A stretch of DNA of 64,000 bases from Camelus dromedarius (GCF_036321535.1 NC_087439.1:67890001-67954000); one strand, 5' to 3'. Counted from the stretch's first letter, positions 35,345 to 49,200 are shown. Program-made: numbers and translations. Notes: generated from the sequence alone by a model not told the origin.

Positions 35345-35480
35345 TTGTTTTTCCGCAGAAGCCCTAGGATGATGGAGAGGGCCCCGCTGGTCTCATTGTT
35401 CCTGGCGGAACAGGCTGCCAAGAACGCCTCACAACGTGAGGAAGGCGGCCGCTGCAGACAGAGAGTCTGATAAGTGTCAC
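35345..35480. promoter_or_regulatory. Candidate endothelial enhancer (ETS/SOX/GATA/SMAD motif cluster) in intron 2
   Basis: CATTGT 35394-35399, TTCCTG 35399-35404, GAGGAAG 35438-35444, GGCGGC 35444-35449, CAGAC 35455-35459, GTCTG 35465-35469, TGATAA 35468-35473. Confidence 0.5.
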
Positions 35481-38184
35481 TGTAGATGAACTTTCAGAGA
35501 ATCAAGGGCACACAACAAAGCCTGCGCCACTTCTCCCCTGACCTTCTGGCTCCACACCACTCCCTCCACTGACCAGCTCCCCAGCAAGCATGTTCCTCGG
35601 GCCGTGTGGCCACACATCTGCTCTGCTCCTGGACCAGCAAGTACTCTGGAGGTCGGCTTGGATGGAATGTGTTTGCTTATGTAAGGAATGATTTTCGAGA
35701 CATGTGAAGTTTTAAGGCTTTGGGGCAGGCTGTTTTCAGCATGACTGTTGGGTGTTACTTTCTGTCTATGCATCTATAAAATCCTCACTCTCCCAAGTCA
35801 GCTTAAATGACCCCTTGCTCATATTTTGTAATAATATCAGAGTAAAAAGTAGAAAAGAGTAGCGTACAATTTATGCCCATTCACCAGTAGCCTGGTGCTG
35901 AGATGGGAAGGCGAATCCCAGCAGGATCAGAGACTTGCTGAATTGTCCTAAGCTGGCCTAGGTCAACCGAGCATGCCTCAGTTTGCCTCATCTCATAAAT
36001 AGGTACAGGGATCATGGCTCTGTGCCTCTCAGGGCTGACCAGAAGGGGCAGAAAGTATCTGGAACCCACTGAGGGGGAATCATTGTACAGCATTTCTGGG
36101 CCTGGTGTGCTGGCAGTGTACCTGAACCTGGCCGGGTGAATGGTTCCCTCTGGGACATCGCTCACGAATCCTTGCTCCCAGAGGGTCTAATTGTAAGAGT
36201 GAATCATAACCTTCCCATCTGTCCGAAAAATGGAAGCCTGCTGGGAACGATGTGTGCTGGGCACCAGGGAATCAATCACCACATCAAAAAAGTCCTTTAT
36301 GTTTTTTTTCCCCCCAGGGACGAAGGTTCCCAATCATTTTTCTCTCCACCTTTGCTGGTATCCAGCCTCCATAACAAAAGTCCAAAAATACAAAACTTGT
36401 CTGAAAAACATGCCATGTGGAAATCCAAGCAGGGGGCAGTTTGGGGAGAAGGTAGCAGAGGTGATGGGCCCTGTCCTCACATTTCATGCATCCGGAGCTT
36501 CAGGTGACAGAGCTCAGGGCTTCTCCTTGGCTCCAGGGGCTAACTTGTCACTCCTGTGCAAAAAGCACAGTCGTGTGGAAATGACGGGCCAGCACTAATG
36601 TTCAAGCAGGAAGGGACTGTGGCCACGCCAGGGTGGAGATTCTGAATGTAGCACTTGGTGGCCAGTCAGCTGGAACTGCTCCCACCTCCCAAACCGCCAC
36701 TGGGTAAGTGGCTTGCTTAGATGGCTGTGTTCTGAAGGCACTGTGGCTGTGAGGGCCAAAGCAGGTCTGTTCACACAGTGCACATGAAAGCCCCCGCCTT
36801 TCCCCATCACAGGAAAGTCCCTCTGTTCTGAAAGACCTGGCTGCCCCTTGTGCAGGTTCAGGATGATGGGTGTTCTTGGCTGCAGGTTCTGTAAGACCAG
36901 GAAGAAATCTGTCTAGAAAGGACACCAGCTTCTACGAGAAAGGGAACCAGGTTGCAGGAAGCCTCCTCACAGGACGGAAGCAGTGTGTGTCAGACCTTGA
37001 AGAACTTTTATTTATCCCACAGCCAGAGCAGGCTGTTGGCTTTGTGCATGGCTGGCTGGTGGGATGGCTACCATCTTGCAGTGGCCAGCGGGGCCCTCAC
37101 CGCTTGGGGAGGCAGCGTCGGTGGCCAGGACGAGCTGTGGGGCCACATGAGGGTAAGGGCCCTTGTGGGCAGTAGCGACCCCCCAGAAGAGAAGTCAGAA
37201 CCCCAACACTTAACCTCGCAGCCTGTCCTGAGGCTTGGACTAAATCATGTATCTGCTTGGACTTCAGTTTCCTTCCCATGGCAGGAAGACCAAAACAACA
37301 ATAATAAAAAATAATAATACTATCTTACCCTCCTACGGCTCTCCAAGGGATGACACATCGATAAATCACTTTGAACTTTTAGATGAAAGGTGCTCTAGAA
37401 AACCGAGGGCTCATCAACTGTAATTGTTACGGTAATCATTTTAATGATAATAATGATGATAATGGGGGGTGGGGGGGGTGAAACCTCCTACCTTGAGACA
37501 AAGGAAAACTCCCGTTAAAACCTGCAGCACAGATTGTTCCCGCTCCTAGCTCTCAACCGTCTCTTTCCAACTGCCAGTTCCTGGGCTGAAATATTTACTC
37601 CTTTCCTTTCCAATAAAACAATTATTTGTTCCACCATTTTCTCTCTCGCTCACTCGCTGGTGCATCTGGCTTTGCCCTGNNNNNNNNNNNNNNNNNNNNN
37701 NNNNNNNNNNNNNNNNNNNNNNNNNNNNNNNNNNNNNNNNNNNNNNNNNNNNNNNNNNNNNNNNNNNNNNNNNNNNNNNNNNNNNNNNNNNNNNNNNNNN
37801 NNNNNNNNNNNNNNNNNNNTCTTCGGATTCCAGATGAAGAGTAAGGTGGTGGCGGGGATGGCAGGGAATTTGAAGAGGATGCTGACGGGGGCTGGAGGGG
37901 ACCAGAGGAGTAGGAGGTAGGTGACAGGGAGGCAGGAGACAATTGACTGAGAGGCAGGCCTCCAGCTTGTATTTAAAGACACAGAAAGATCTCTCTGTCT
38001 CTCTCCTTGACTGCCCTGTCGGCATCCAGAGGTGACCACACGGCAGGAAGAGGCAAAGAAAAGGTAGAAAAAAGAGAAAAGAAAAAAAGAAAAGAGTTGT
38101 CAAGGATATCTAAGGAAATCAGAGAGGCCTCAAATGCCTAAGCCTTGGGACAGCAGATGACAGCTCTGAGCATATGGACACAGG

Positions 38185-38390
38185 TATACAAAGGCAGCTT
38201 TGGGCAGCAGGCTTCAAATCCCAGCCCCACCATTACTCCCTGCGTGATCTCTCTGGGCCTCAGTATCCCCATCTGTCAAATGGGAGTAATAGTAGTCCCA
38301 GCCCCAAAGTGTCATTATAAGAATAAAACATGGGAAGTTCCTGGTACAGTAGCACCCGATGTCTGTCAAGAGCAATAAATATTTGCTATT
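38185..38390 (+). mobile_element. MIR SINE
   Basis: ggcttcaaatcccagcccc...ctctgggcctcagtatccccatctgtcaaatgggagtaatagtag. Confidence 0.65.
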
Positions 38391-40469
38391 ATTGTCCAAC
38401 TGACAGTCCCTCCACACCACCTACAAACGTACAATTGAGTCCCTAATGGGGCAGAACAGAAAAATTTATAGAGACAGCCAAGATGCTTGGCTACAAAGCC
38501 AGGGGAAAAAGGCATAAAAAATCGTGTGGATTTTCCTTTATCATGTAGTTTTTTGCTGCTCTCCTAAACGTAAGACCAACTCAGTTTTTCTTTCTTCTTT
38601 TTGTTTTAAATTTTATTTTGAACCTGCTAACATTTTTCAGGGATTTTCCTTCTAGGAAAAAAAAATTTTTTGATTATGTAAATTAAATACAACCCTCTCC
38701 TCTGCAATCAACTGAAGTAAGTTGTGAGGCACTAGGTCTTGTAATGAAGGACGATTATGGAAGCTCTTTTCTAGAAGGAAAGACAAGGGCAGCTAATGTA
38801 TTTTTTTCTTCCAGGGATGATTGATCCAGGCAGAAGTAGAAGAATGGAATTAAATGATCTGTTGAGTTTCTCTTAATCCAAAGGTTTCAATTGCCCTGCC
38901 ACTAAAGAAGGACAAAACAAAGAGAATTTTTTTTTTTCCGAAAGGACTCATGACTACAGCAAAACACACAAATTGCTTTTTTTTTAAAAAAAATCTAATT
39001 TCTCTTCTTGGTCTATTTCCTTCTCCTTTTTATCCCCTCCACACCCAGAGCTCCCACTGAATTTCTTAAGACTGACTCTCACCCGGTGTAATTAGATGGG
39101 AGAATTACATGGAGTTACATGGGGTGAGATGCTGGCCTTCTGGGACCTCTGGGTTCAGAGAAGGTGCCAGGGTTGAGAGGCAGAACAAGTGGGACTGTGT
39201 ACTAGAAAATCTCAAGTGATTTTCTCAATCAGAAGATAAAAATGCGTTTGTTAGGAAGGATATCCACAGTGAAGCTTGCATTTGGAGAGCTGAGATTGCA
39301 ACATTGCATATTTAAAAACAAACTGCCAAAAATAACCCTTGTCCCAACTGCTCTTTAACCTTGGTAGGCGGAGGAGAACAGTCTGCCGTGTTTTTCCCAC
39401 TTCTTCAGAGAGCTAAGTTGCTGGGTGGAGCCCTTGGTCAAGGTTGGTGAGTGTGGGCTTGGCTGCCAGCTGAGCCCAAGTCAGCAGGACTGTTCCCGTT
39501 TATTGCACCACGTACCTGGAGGGGGATCTGTTTCTGTCATTAGCAGGGTTGTTGCAATACAGGAAAGGATTGCTGCTCATGGGTTCCTTGGGGGAATCAG
39601 AATATTTCTGTGGTTGGGCAAGCAGTAAATCTGTAACAGTGTCACAAATAATCAACCCCAGGGTCTCTCCTGAGTGCAAGATGCCCTCTTGAACCACAGA
39701 GAACTCTCACTTCTGCTTTGATTGCTAGAGACTTCGGCGGACACCAGCTGAAGCCACAGCTCTAGTTGGGCAATGTGCCTTCATGCCCTTTATTCATAGC
39801 AAAGAGAGTTGTGTTCAGAGGAAGTCTTCCGTAGGAGTAAACTGATGAGCAGGGCTTAATCCAGAGTGTTACCTGGACTTTCCCAGTCCAAACCCTACTT
39901 TCAAGCATTAAACGGGAGGAAAGGAGAAGGCTGGATATAGGGTATGAAACTGTAGAAACTCTGACCAGGGAGAGTCAGACAGCCAAGAGTCCCCATAATC
40001 TCAGTCTTTTCCTGCTTCCTGACCCCGGCCCCTCCTTGAGCTGCTGGAATCATCTGGCCAGGAAATAAAATAAATAGCATTGCTTAGGCATCTCTTCACC
40101 GAGAGAGGGGTTTGTCACAAGGATGGCCCTTTGTTACTGGGGTTCCTGAAAGCATCAAATTCTCCCCCCTTTTTGTCTTTGACATGATGTTCTCGCCTGG
40201 GCCACCAGCCATACATATTCCCCCTTTGCCTGGCTAACTTCTTAAGGATTGGTGCAGGCATCACCTCCACCAAGGAGCCTTCCCTGATCTCCTCAGCTGA
40301 GGCTGGATCCCAATGCTGTGGGCTCACAAAACATGCCCATATCATGTCCCTGCCAGAAGGCATGAGGTTGGTGAAGGCAATAGAGCATGAGAGGAAAAAG
40401 CACCGACTGCAAAGTAGGTTACTCTGCCTTCAAACCCCTTCTCTGCCACTTCCAAAAGCGGCACCTGGG

Positions 40470-40635
40470 GCCAGCTGCCTACATTCTTTGAGCCCAAATT
40501 TCTTCATTTGTGAAATAGGAAGAGAAACAATAAGTTCACAAGGTTTTGTGAGAAGGATCAAATGAGATGATGTATGTAAAGGACTTGGCAAAGTGCCAGG
40601 CTCACGGGCGATGCTCTAGATATGGTAGCTTTATC
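40470..40635 (+). mobile_element. MIR SINE
   Basis: ctttgagcccaaatttcttcatttgtgaaatagg...gttttgtgagaaggatcaaatgagatgatgtatgtaaag. Confidence 0.65.
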
Positions 40636-40639
40636 ATCA

Positions 40640-40790
40640 ATAACCGTATTTTTTTACCTGCTTCCTCCTCCCAAACTCTAAGTTCCATAAGGGAAAGAGT
40701 ATGATTTACTGACTCATCACTGCACCCCCAAGGCTCTCGTCATGCTTGGCACATAATAGATGTTGAATAACTAGGAATGAATGGAAGGTC
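40640..40790 (+). mobile_element. L2 3' end
   Basis: taagttccataaggg...cttggcacataatagatgttgaataac...gaatgaatggaa. Confidence 0.55.
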
Positions 40791-42470
40791 TATAGCCATT
40801 TCGCTTGCGAAAGACCACGTCCCAGAGAGCTTAGTAACTTCTGTAATCCATGTCTTAACCGCCCGCTGTCACCATGTCACATCACAAGGTGGACGACGAG
40901 GGAAGACAGCTCTGTCAGCCTTCCAGTGTGGGTTCCTGCCATGCTGACCTACATCCAGGCAACTCAAATGTAAAAATATCACTGAAATAATCATCTGCTT
41001 GCACCTGCTCAGCCCCCTCTTGGACTAAGCGCTGCAGTGGGTAGAGATAAGAAACATGTGGTCTGTTCCCTTGGAGAATTTACATGCTCAGAACACAGGT
41101 GACTGCACATGGGGAAAAAAGGCAAGCAAATCAAGGCAATAAGCAATGCTCGGGGAGTAGGAGCCCCTAAAAGAACTGGAGGAATCAAGGACAACAAACG
41201 AGAAGGGAAGGGGGCGTGCAGCAGGATGCTGGAGGTAAGGGGGAGGGGAGTTTGAGTGTCAGGCCCTCACGGGGTCTCATACAGATGTAAGGTGTATGTG
41301 GTTGTTTGACCACAATGGAGGGTGTTTACTGAGTGCAGGGGATCCTCGTTGGCTGGGCGGGGAGGCGCCAGCTTACTGAGGTCTGGCATGTTCCCTCTGT
41401 TTCCTGCAGTTGACTTATCAACCTGTGAAAGTGCTCCCTTTCTAAGATAGCATCCCCTACTTTGGGAGAAGCAGACACATCTTCTAAGATTTAGAGGACT
41501 CTTATGGCCGTAAATAAATCCAAGAGCTCTTTGTTTATCCAGGACACGCAGAGGCTAAATATTCCCTAAACCTCAAATACCCAGAATGTGGGCAGTGCGA
41601 TGGTTTCAGAAGGAAGATGGTGAGCAGCTCAGCTAATGCACTTTGTCCCCGAGAGAGTGAGTGCTCCAGTCCTTGCACTGCTGTGAGCGTAGCTGACTCA
41701 AGCAAACCAGACACGCGGGCCCTGAGATTGCACTGGCTTGGGACAAAGCTTCAATTCCAGAACTGAACACTTCCCAACAGACACCAAAGCCTCCTGAAGC
41801 AAAATCCATGGCCATCATAAAAGAGTGAGAACAGGTCAGAGAGCATACTCATAACCGAGAGTGACAGCAAGAATATTGACAGAAAAGTCACAAACTTCCC
41901 CAAAGAACAAAGATGCTAACACAGTTGCTAATGTATTGTGCATCAGCCTAAACAAGACACCGCACTCTTGCAAAGTAGTTCTAATTGTCGAAGGTTTGCA
42001 GGTGAGGACACTGAGGCCTGGGAGTTTAAAGATAGACAAAATCTCATACTTAAATCTACCCGATCCACATATGACATGACCCAGCCTCTGTCACAAAAAG
42101 TCAAGTTTAGAATTAGAAGCCTGAATCATGGAGAAAAAGTTGACTCTCCTTTATTTTTATTTGAGAAAACAAGGAAGTGTGGCACATGACTGAGGACGTT
42201 CTTCCTCAGGAATCTTTCAAAACGGGAAGTTTTGGAACTTGAGTGTTTCAGTATCTGGGAATTTCAATGCTGCACGGTAAATGAGATCTCACTGTGTGGA
42301 ACACACACAGAAAGTCATTAGTATAGACTTCTTTGTGGGTTTTTCAGCCTAAGAAATGTTCTTTCAAGTCTTCCTAGCAGGTTTTGCTCTTTTTGAAGCA
42401 TGCTTTTCAAGCTACTTGTCTGGCAATGACCAGCTCTTAAAAGGATCGGGCAAAATCAAGGACTCTTGAC

Positions 42471-42617
42471 TGTTTTGTTTTGTTTTTTGTTTTTTAAATT
42501 TTTTGAGGGGTGGGGAGAGTAGTTTTTTAAATTTTTTTAAATTGAGGTTCTGGGGATTGAACCCAGAACCTTGTGCATGCTAAGTGTGCACTCTACCACT
42601 AGGCTGTACCTACCGCC
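42471..42617 (-). mobile_element. Vic-1-like SINE, more diverged
   Basis: tggggattgaacccagaaccttgtgcatgctaagtgtgcactctaccact, preceded by a T-rich tail. Confidence 0.8.
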
Positions 42618-45289
42618 TGATTCTGGTTTGACTTGAGCCTCCTGGAGGGGGTGGGGTGCCCGGCCTGTGTGAGGATGCGTGAAGAAGCTGTGTATCATAC
42701 GCAGGTGGGTGTTTTCAAGAATACATATTCTGAGATCTCAGAAATGGAAAACGTATTCGAGTGCATGTGCATACATTTCTGAAGCCCTAATGTTCAGTGG
42801 CTTGATGACCCGAGTGAAAGGCAGGGACAGGAGCCTCTCCCCACCGCAGGGGATGACGTGGCTTCTCCCCTGGTGCTCAGATGGCCCTGAGTCCTGCCCT
42901 TTTGCCCCTCAGCCGCACGGACTGGGCAAGGCCACGGAGGCTTCTGGTTTCTGTTCAAAGTCGGGGAAGAGGCCCCAGAGCAGCCTATGGGCGCTGGGGG
43001 CTTGGATGCCTGTGGATGGCCAGAGGGAGGAGTCGGGAGCTCACCGCAGATGGTGGCCTTGGATGGCAGACTCAGGCAAAGCTGGGGCTGGTGAGTGAAA
43101 GTTTCCAAGCAGACAGCAAGCTTAAATGAAATGAAATTAACCAGCAACGGTTAGGGGAAAAGGTCGGTCTGTCTGGGGTTTATTCATCAACGGCCTCCAC
43201 CTTTGGGATGTGGATTTCAAGGGACAGAGAGCCAAGGGCTTAGGGACCACTGGCCAATCTGATCCTCTCACATCCGGGCCCATTCCCAGGTCATGGGGCC
43301 ATCTCTGCAGTAAATCCTGCACAAAGGAAGAAGAGGGGAAAACACGAGGGCAAGGCTGGGCCTGCTGACCACTGCCCTTACTCCAGAGTGGGGCTGCGTT
43401 GTTGTTTTTTTACCCCCTGTTTTCACTCCCTTTTTGCAGGGGTGTTGCTGCTGCATTCTCTCATCAGAAGGACTGTTTGGGAAGTTTTGGTAAGTATCCA
43501 CCCTATGGGCTTTGAGAGCCAAATCCAATTTGAAACATGCACCCGAAATGACAGTTGGAAGAATACTAATTTCCTTTGCTAGTAAGTTCTTTCCCAACCC
43601 AGGAGCTCCCTTGGAACGAAAAGGAGAGCGGGAGAGAGGAGCAATAGGACAGAACTTCCAGGACTTCAATTAGATTAATTGTTCCCTTCACAAGACAGTC
43701 AAACAAGGCAGAGGGAGGAGGAAGAAGCCCGTTTACTCTGAATGCACATGGCAAGGAAGATGTTAAAAATACCTTGCAGGGTGAGAGATGGAGGGAACCG
43801 GATGTGCCTTTCCAAGTACAAAAATTAATCAGAGTAAGAGAGAAATGGGGAGTAGGGGAGAAAGGGCGGAGGCAGAGAGCAGTAGGGATGAGGTTAAGTA
43901 GTGGAGGCTTGACCCCAACAGAGCCTTTCTGACGCTTTGGCACTGGGGGAAGGAGACCCCAGGAAGACTTTTTTCTGACCTTCCTGAACTTTTCAGTTCC
44001 AGCTGAAAGTATGGAATGGAGGAGTGGGGAGAAAAACAGAAAGCTACTTAGTAAGGATGGTAAACTCGAGTAGCTTCAGAATAACCTGGAACTTGCCTGC
44101 TTCCCCTCCTCCAACTCCAGCCAGAGGCAACGTCTTTGTCCCTCTGCCACCAGCGGGCTTCGGAGGCCTTGTGATGGCCCCATCCCTGGGGCTCAGCCCC
44201 CAACGGTGCAGGAGCGTGCTGCCCTGGCCTTTCTTGCTTCCTGACATATTTTAAGCCATGCTCACCAGCTCCTGAGTGTTCCGTTCCAAAAGCCTTGCCT
44301 TCTCTCTCTGCCACTATGAATATACATGAGCTGACCTCTTAGCAATTCCCCTGGGAGATTTGCAGGCATAAGCATAACAGATTTTGGCCCTCAGTGGAGA
44401 GAGGTGCTTAGTCAAATTTCTCCGAGCTCAGACCTAAGCTCTCGGTACATTACACCTCAATTTGTGCCAACCGGCCAGACAGCAGGAGCCTTATACCTTA
44501 TACAGATGCTCTTTGAACATAAATTTTTGGTAAAGTTCACTGGCAGGGAACTGGCAGCCTTGAGTGCAAATGTGCAAATGTGCACTGGCTGTGCATTTAA
44601 CTCATTCAAAGAGGAACTGATGAGTTACCCCATGTCCTCCATTGAGTCAGAACTGGATCTTGGATTAAAAACTCTATCTTATGACTGTCACATGAAGGGT
44701 TCATCTGGGAAACCGTTCGGTTTTCAAGAAAGACAACCTCTGGTTAGGAAAAAGTCATTACAAAGGTGCAAAGGAGTCCTAGGAGGGTACCGATGACACT
44801 GACCCCCCTATGCCTGGCAGTCTAGCACTAGTTAAAGAGGACCCTGTGTCCTCCACAAGGCAGCGCTGGCCCAGATCTGGCCCCCCTCCCCGGCCGGCTG
44901 TCCCCTGTATTAACTTTTCAGTCCTCACAATGCCTTGGTCACGAAGAATGCTTGACTATTTATGAATCATAAGGGGCCATGGAATACCCATCAGAGCAGT
45001 GGCATGTTCTAGGCACGTGTTTGGAGAAGGACAGGATTGTTGGCATGTTCTTTCCTGCATGGAAAACTCTCACTTTTGTTTTAGTGACGAAAGACTCTAA
45101 GATGGAGCCCACCGGACAGCACAAAGGGCATTCACGTTCTTGACGTTACAATGCTGCTTCCTCCCTCACCTTGACGGCAGGGACCTTGGTGTTAACAGGG
45201 CATTTCTAAAGCACTCGCAGGCGTCTAAACACCCACTGGGTCTCTCCTAAGCTAGACATTTCAAAGGTGGCAGGACTGATGTTGTGGGC

Positions 45290-45440
45290 CCAGCTGAGTC
45301 ACCTCAGGTGACTTACTTAACTTCTCTGGGCTTTGGTTTCCTCATCTGCAAAATGGAGGTCATCATGGTGCCACCTCCCCAGGGCCATTGAGAGAACCAA
45401 ATGGATGGATGTTCATAAAGCAATTAGAAGACTGTAAATA
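45290..45440 (+). mobile_element. MIR fragment
   Basis: ttacttaacttctctgggctttggtttcctcatctgcaaaatgg core. Confidence 0.65.
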
Positions 45441-46026
45441 AGTCCCTGACACCAGCTTTGAGACTCTAACCTGCACAGCACTAATACCAAGCACCAGTGC
45501 GAATTTTAGACCTACCAGTATAGGCTGAGATGTTTCACTCTCTTTCTTAAGAAAACCAGCTGCTACTTCACAAAATAACAGCCTGATCCTCCACGGCTGG
45601 ACGCAGAGGAAGTCTCCACTTGGGGAACTGGCTACTATTTTATTAAGGAAGCCGCTGGGGTTCCTACATGTGGTAGTGATGGTGGACATGGGGAGACCTC
45701 CCAGGGGGAAGTAAATCCCCAAGTCAAGAGCTGGCATTGTTCAGTCCACCCCCTCCCCCACGTGGAATTCTCCTCCATGCTAGCCTTTGAGTTTAGGGTG
45801 TATTCTCTTTACTCTTCACTCAAGAAGGCGCTTTCCTTCATACTAGGGGATCAACTAGGCTTTTAGTTCCCCTGAAAGAAATAAACCTCTTGAGGTCTCC
45901 CTCAGGGGCCAGGCCCCACTACAGCAGGTCCTGGGGTTGGGGAGCTGCCATGACTGGGCGGGAGCCAGGGGGGCGGGGGCGGGAGGGTGTGTCTCGTGGA
46001 TGTCAGCTGTACAGGATGGCGCTTAC

Positions 46027-46204
46027 TTGCAGTCATGCTTTTCGATTTCAAAGTGAGGGTTGAAGTTGAGGACAATCTTCTGGTTGGGTTCAGGGGCATA
46101 AACAATCCACTCGCAGTTCTGGTGGGATGGATAATCCTGGGGGTAACCCGGGGAGGTGATGTAGCCAGCATCTTTGGAATTCAAACGACCTCCACAGGGT
46201 GGGT
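46027..46204 (-). CDS. NRP2: NRP2 exon 2 (CUB1 N-half, DPPCGGRLNSK...EKHDCK), 178 nt
   Basis: Acceptor tcttttccag|ACC, donor AA|GTAAGC; translation matches the CUB1 domain. Confidence 0.97.
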
Positions 46205-49200
46205 CTGGAAAAGAAGACACACAAGCAAAGAACTTCAAATATGTTACAGCCTGGGGTTTTTTTTTTTTTTCCTCTCCTTGTTTCTCTTCTCTACCAGTGG
46301 CTGATTAAAACTGTTTTACAGACCTTTTATGGCAGTCCAGAAGACTAACCTACTTACTCATTTAGTGGAAGAGATTATTTCAGCTCATCCCCGCCCCCAC
46401 CACTCACCCAACCACACACACACACACACACACTCCTCAAATGAAAATACTCCAGAAAATGGTCATAAACATTCCCAATTACATGGTCTGAGATTTAAAA
46501 AACAAAAACAAAAACAAAAAAACCCCAAGAAAGCTGTAAACTTAACATGCCTCCCTGCCTTTTCCTGTCTCCCCTGCCTGGCCCATCTCCTTCTCATTCA
46601 AACCGCTCATCTCTGTCTTTATCTCATAAATCCTTCTTGTTATTTGGTGTCTCCCAGCCCAGGCAGCAAGAAGACTCTGGGAACTGACAATAGTGGTTTT
46701 GTGGTGCCGACCCACAGTGAGCCTGGTAACAATTACATGTGATGCGAAGGAAGCATTTTTAGTTTTGGGCCAGAACAGGCCCTAGAGGGTGATTTCAACT
46801 TTTTTTTTCAAGAAAGAAAAAGCGAAACTCCCAAACACTTAATTTCATATACACCACAAATTTGATTTATTATTTCATTATACACCAAGTGGAAAAATCT
46901 GCATTAGAGAATCCACTGGCTCTGACCTCAGAGTTTTGACAAAAGTGCTTTGTGCCGAGTGGACGCCTGTGTTTTCTCCCTGCTTTCTGCCCGCGGTCCC
47001 TCCTGCCTGGTCACCGCCACCAGAGTGTGCTGCTGCTTTGTCCAACTGCACCAGCCATTGGAAAGGCCGCTGCTGGGGAGTGCTGCCCCCTCCCCCACCC
47101 CTTGCCCAGCAGTGCCCGGCTGGAGGTAAACAGCTTCTTGTGGGCCAGGAGGGAAGGGGGTGATCTTCAAAGGCAGGAAAGGTGGGCGATGACATTTGAA
47201 GCATTTCATGTATTTGAGAGTGAGGTTCTGTCACCCTCAGGAGGGGGTTCCTGGGATATGGGGGGTTTTGCTTAATACTGCAGTAGAACAGAAGCCAGGA
47301 AGGCACCAGAGACCTGGAAATATTCAGAAGCCTCTCAGAGACCTTCCGAAGATGTGCGCCTCTCTTAGCATCAATCACGATTTAATATCGCCATCTGCAT
47401 GGAGCAGCATGGGCCCGTGAATTATGCATTCCATCTCAGCAGCTACCCTACAGGACGGGGCTCTCTCCTGTGTTCCCTCTTTGAGGGAAAGGGTCATGCA
47501 TTTTTTAACTCTACAGGTGCACTCTCCTATTCCCCGTGTCTGCTGGCATTACCGTCTTCCAGACCTCTGCTTTAGATTACCAGCCTGACAGGCTCTAAAT
47601 GCATAAAAGATGGGCGCACTGCACAATGGTGGTGGGGGTACACAAACCTACACAAGTAGCCTTTTAGGCATCGCGCCTCCCAGAGCTCAAACTGTGCCGA
47701 GCTGAACTGCCCAGAATCTAATGGATTCAGGTTCCATTTCCTACTGGGTGGAAAACAAAAGCAGGCCATTTCCTCCGGCTAGCAGAGACCACAGCATCCT
47801 CTAACTAATGACCCTGCACCCTCCCCAGTCAGGAGGACAATGGGCCCAGCCTTCCCGCCCAGACGGAGATGAGGCCAGCAGTGAGCAGGGTACCGCCTGT
47901 TCTCAGCAGCCCACCCTGCAGTGACTTTCCGGGTGTCCACACCACTCAGCCACGCTGGGCAGCCAACATCTTCCAGCAGGTCAGACTGTGGCCCATTGGT
48001 CATGGCTCATGCACGTGAAATGGGGCTGAGAGTGGCCCTCTGTAAAGGTGGAGGTGTGGAAACTGTGATAACCAGCTGCTCCTACCAAGCTGGCAGGAGA
48101 GGAAATTTTCTACTGGGCACAGCTCCTCTACTGACTGTTTTGCTGAAAACTGCAGCCCTGCCCCCCACTCACTGGAAACCACACTTTTCACCTTGGAACT
48201 CATCGGAGGGAATCCGAGCTGAGCTCCAGTGTAGTAACCACATCATCCAAACTCTCTCCCTCTTTTCGTCATCCTTCCCTACTTCTCTCCCATTACTCTT
48301 GAAAGAAGAACTTCTCTCCCGAAATTCCCTGCCCTCCAAGTTAAAGCTTTTAGCAATTAGACCAGGCACACATGATCAGCAATAAAGTCAGGAAAGTTCC
48401 TCATAGAAAGGTTTCATTTCTCACCCACACTGCTAGGAGTAATCATTTCCCAACTTAAAAAAAAAGTTAAACTATCTATATCTCATGGCCAACAGTCTGC
48501 ATTTTCTGCTGTTAAAACTTACTTAACCGGAGAAAAAAAGGAGTAACTCGTTTCCTTTTTTCCTGTTCTTTCTTTATCTGAGGAAAATCAAGGCACTTAT
48601 TAAAATATTTAAGAACTCATTAAAACATCTGCTTTGTTTGCATGTAGTTAACCTTCTCAATATCCAAACATTTATAAACTCACGTTCTTGTTTGGCTGGC
48701 ACTCACACTCAGAAACACATACAAACATAGATATGGAACATACATCCAGTACATAGACATATTAGAAATTCACACTTCAGTCCGGTACACACTTTCACAC
48801 CCTCTCATAAAATATCACACATCATTTGCACAAGACATCTATCCACCAAGATAAATACTAGAATTTCCATCTCTGCTTTTCTTGGAGAGAATTGAATTCT
48901 TGAAATCTATCATCGGTAACAATTGTAAGGAAAACACACTTACTCCTCGGCTCCTCTTGAAAATGGATCTTTCATTTCCAGGTGTGGGGACCCTTCATTT
49001 CTTAAATGCAAACACACCCCCAGGAGAAATGAGCTAGACTTTCTTCTGAAGAGCTACACCATCCGTGGCTTGGGAGGTCTTTATTGTGTTCCTAAAGGAA
49101 CAGCATAAATGCTCTCTGTCCTGTTTCAGAGGACTCCGGTCCAGCCAAAAGGGAGTTGAACTCAAGGGCAAACCCCTTTAGGCCAATCTCCACACAGAAA

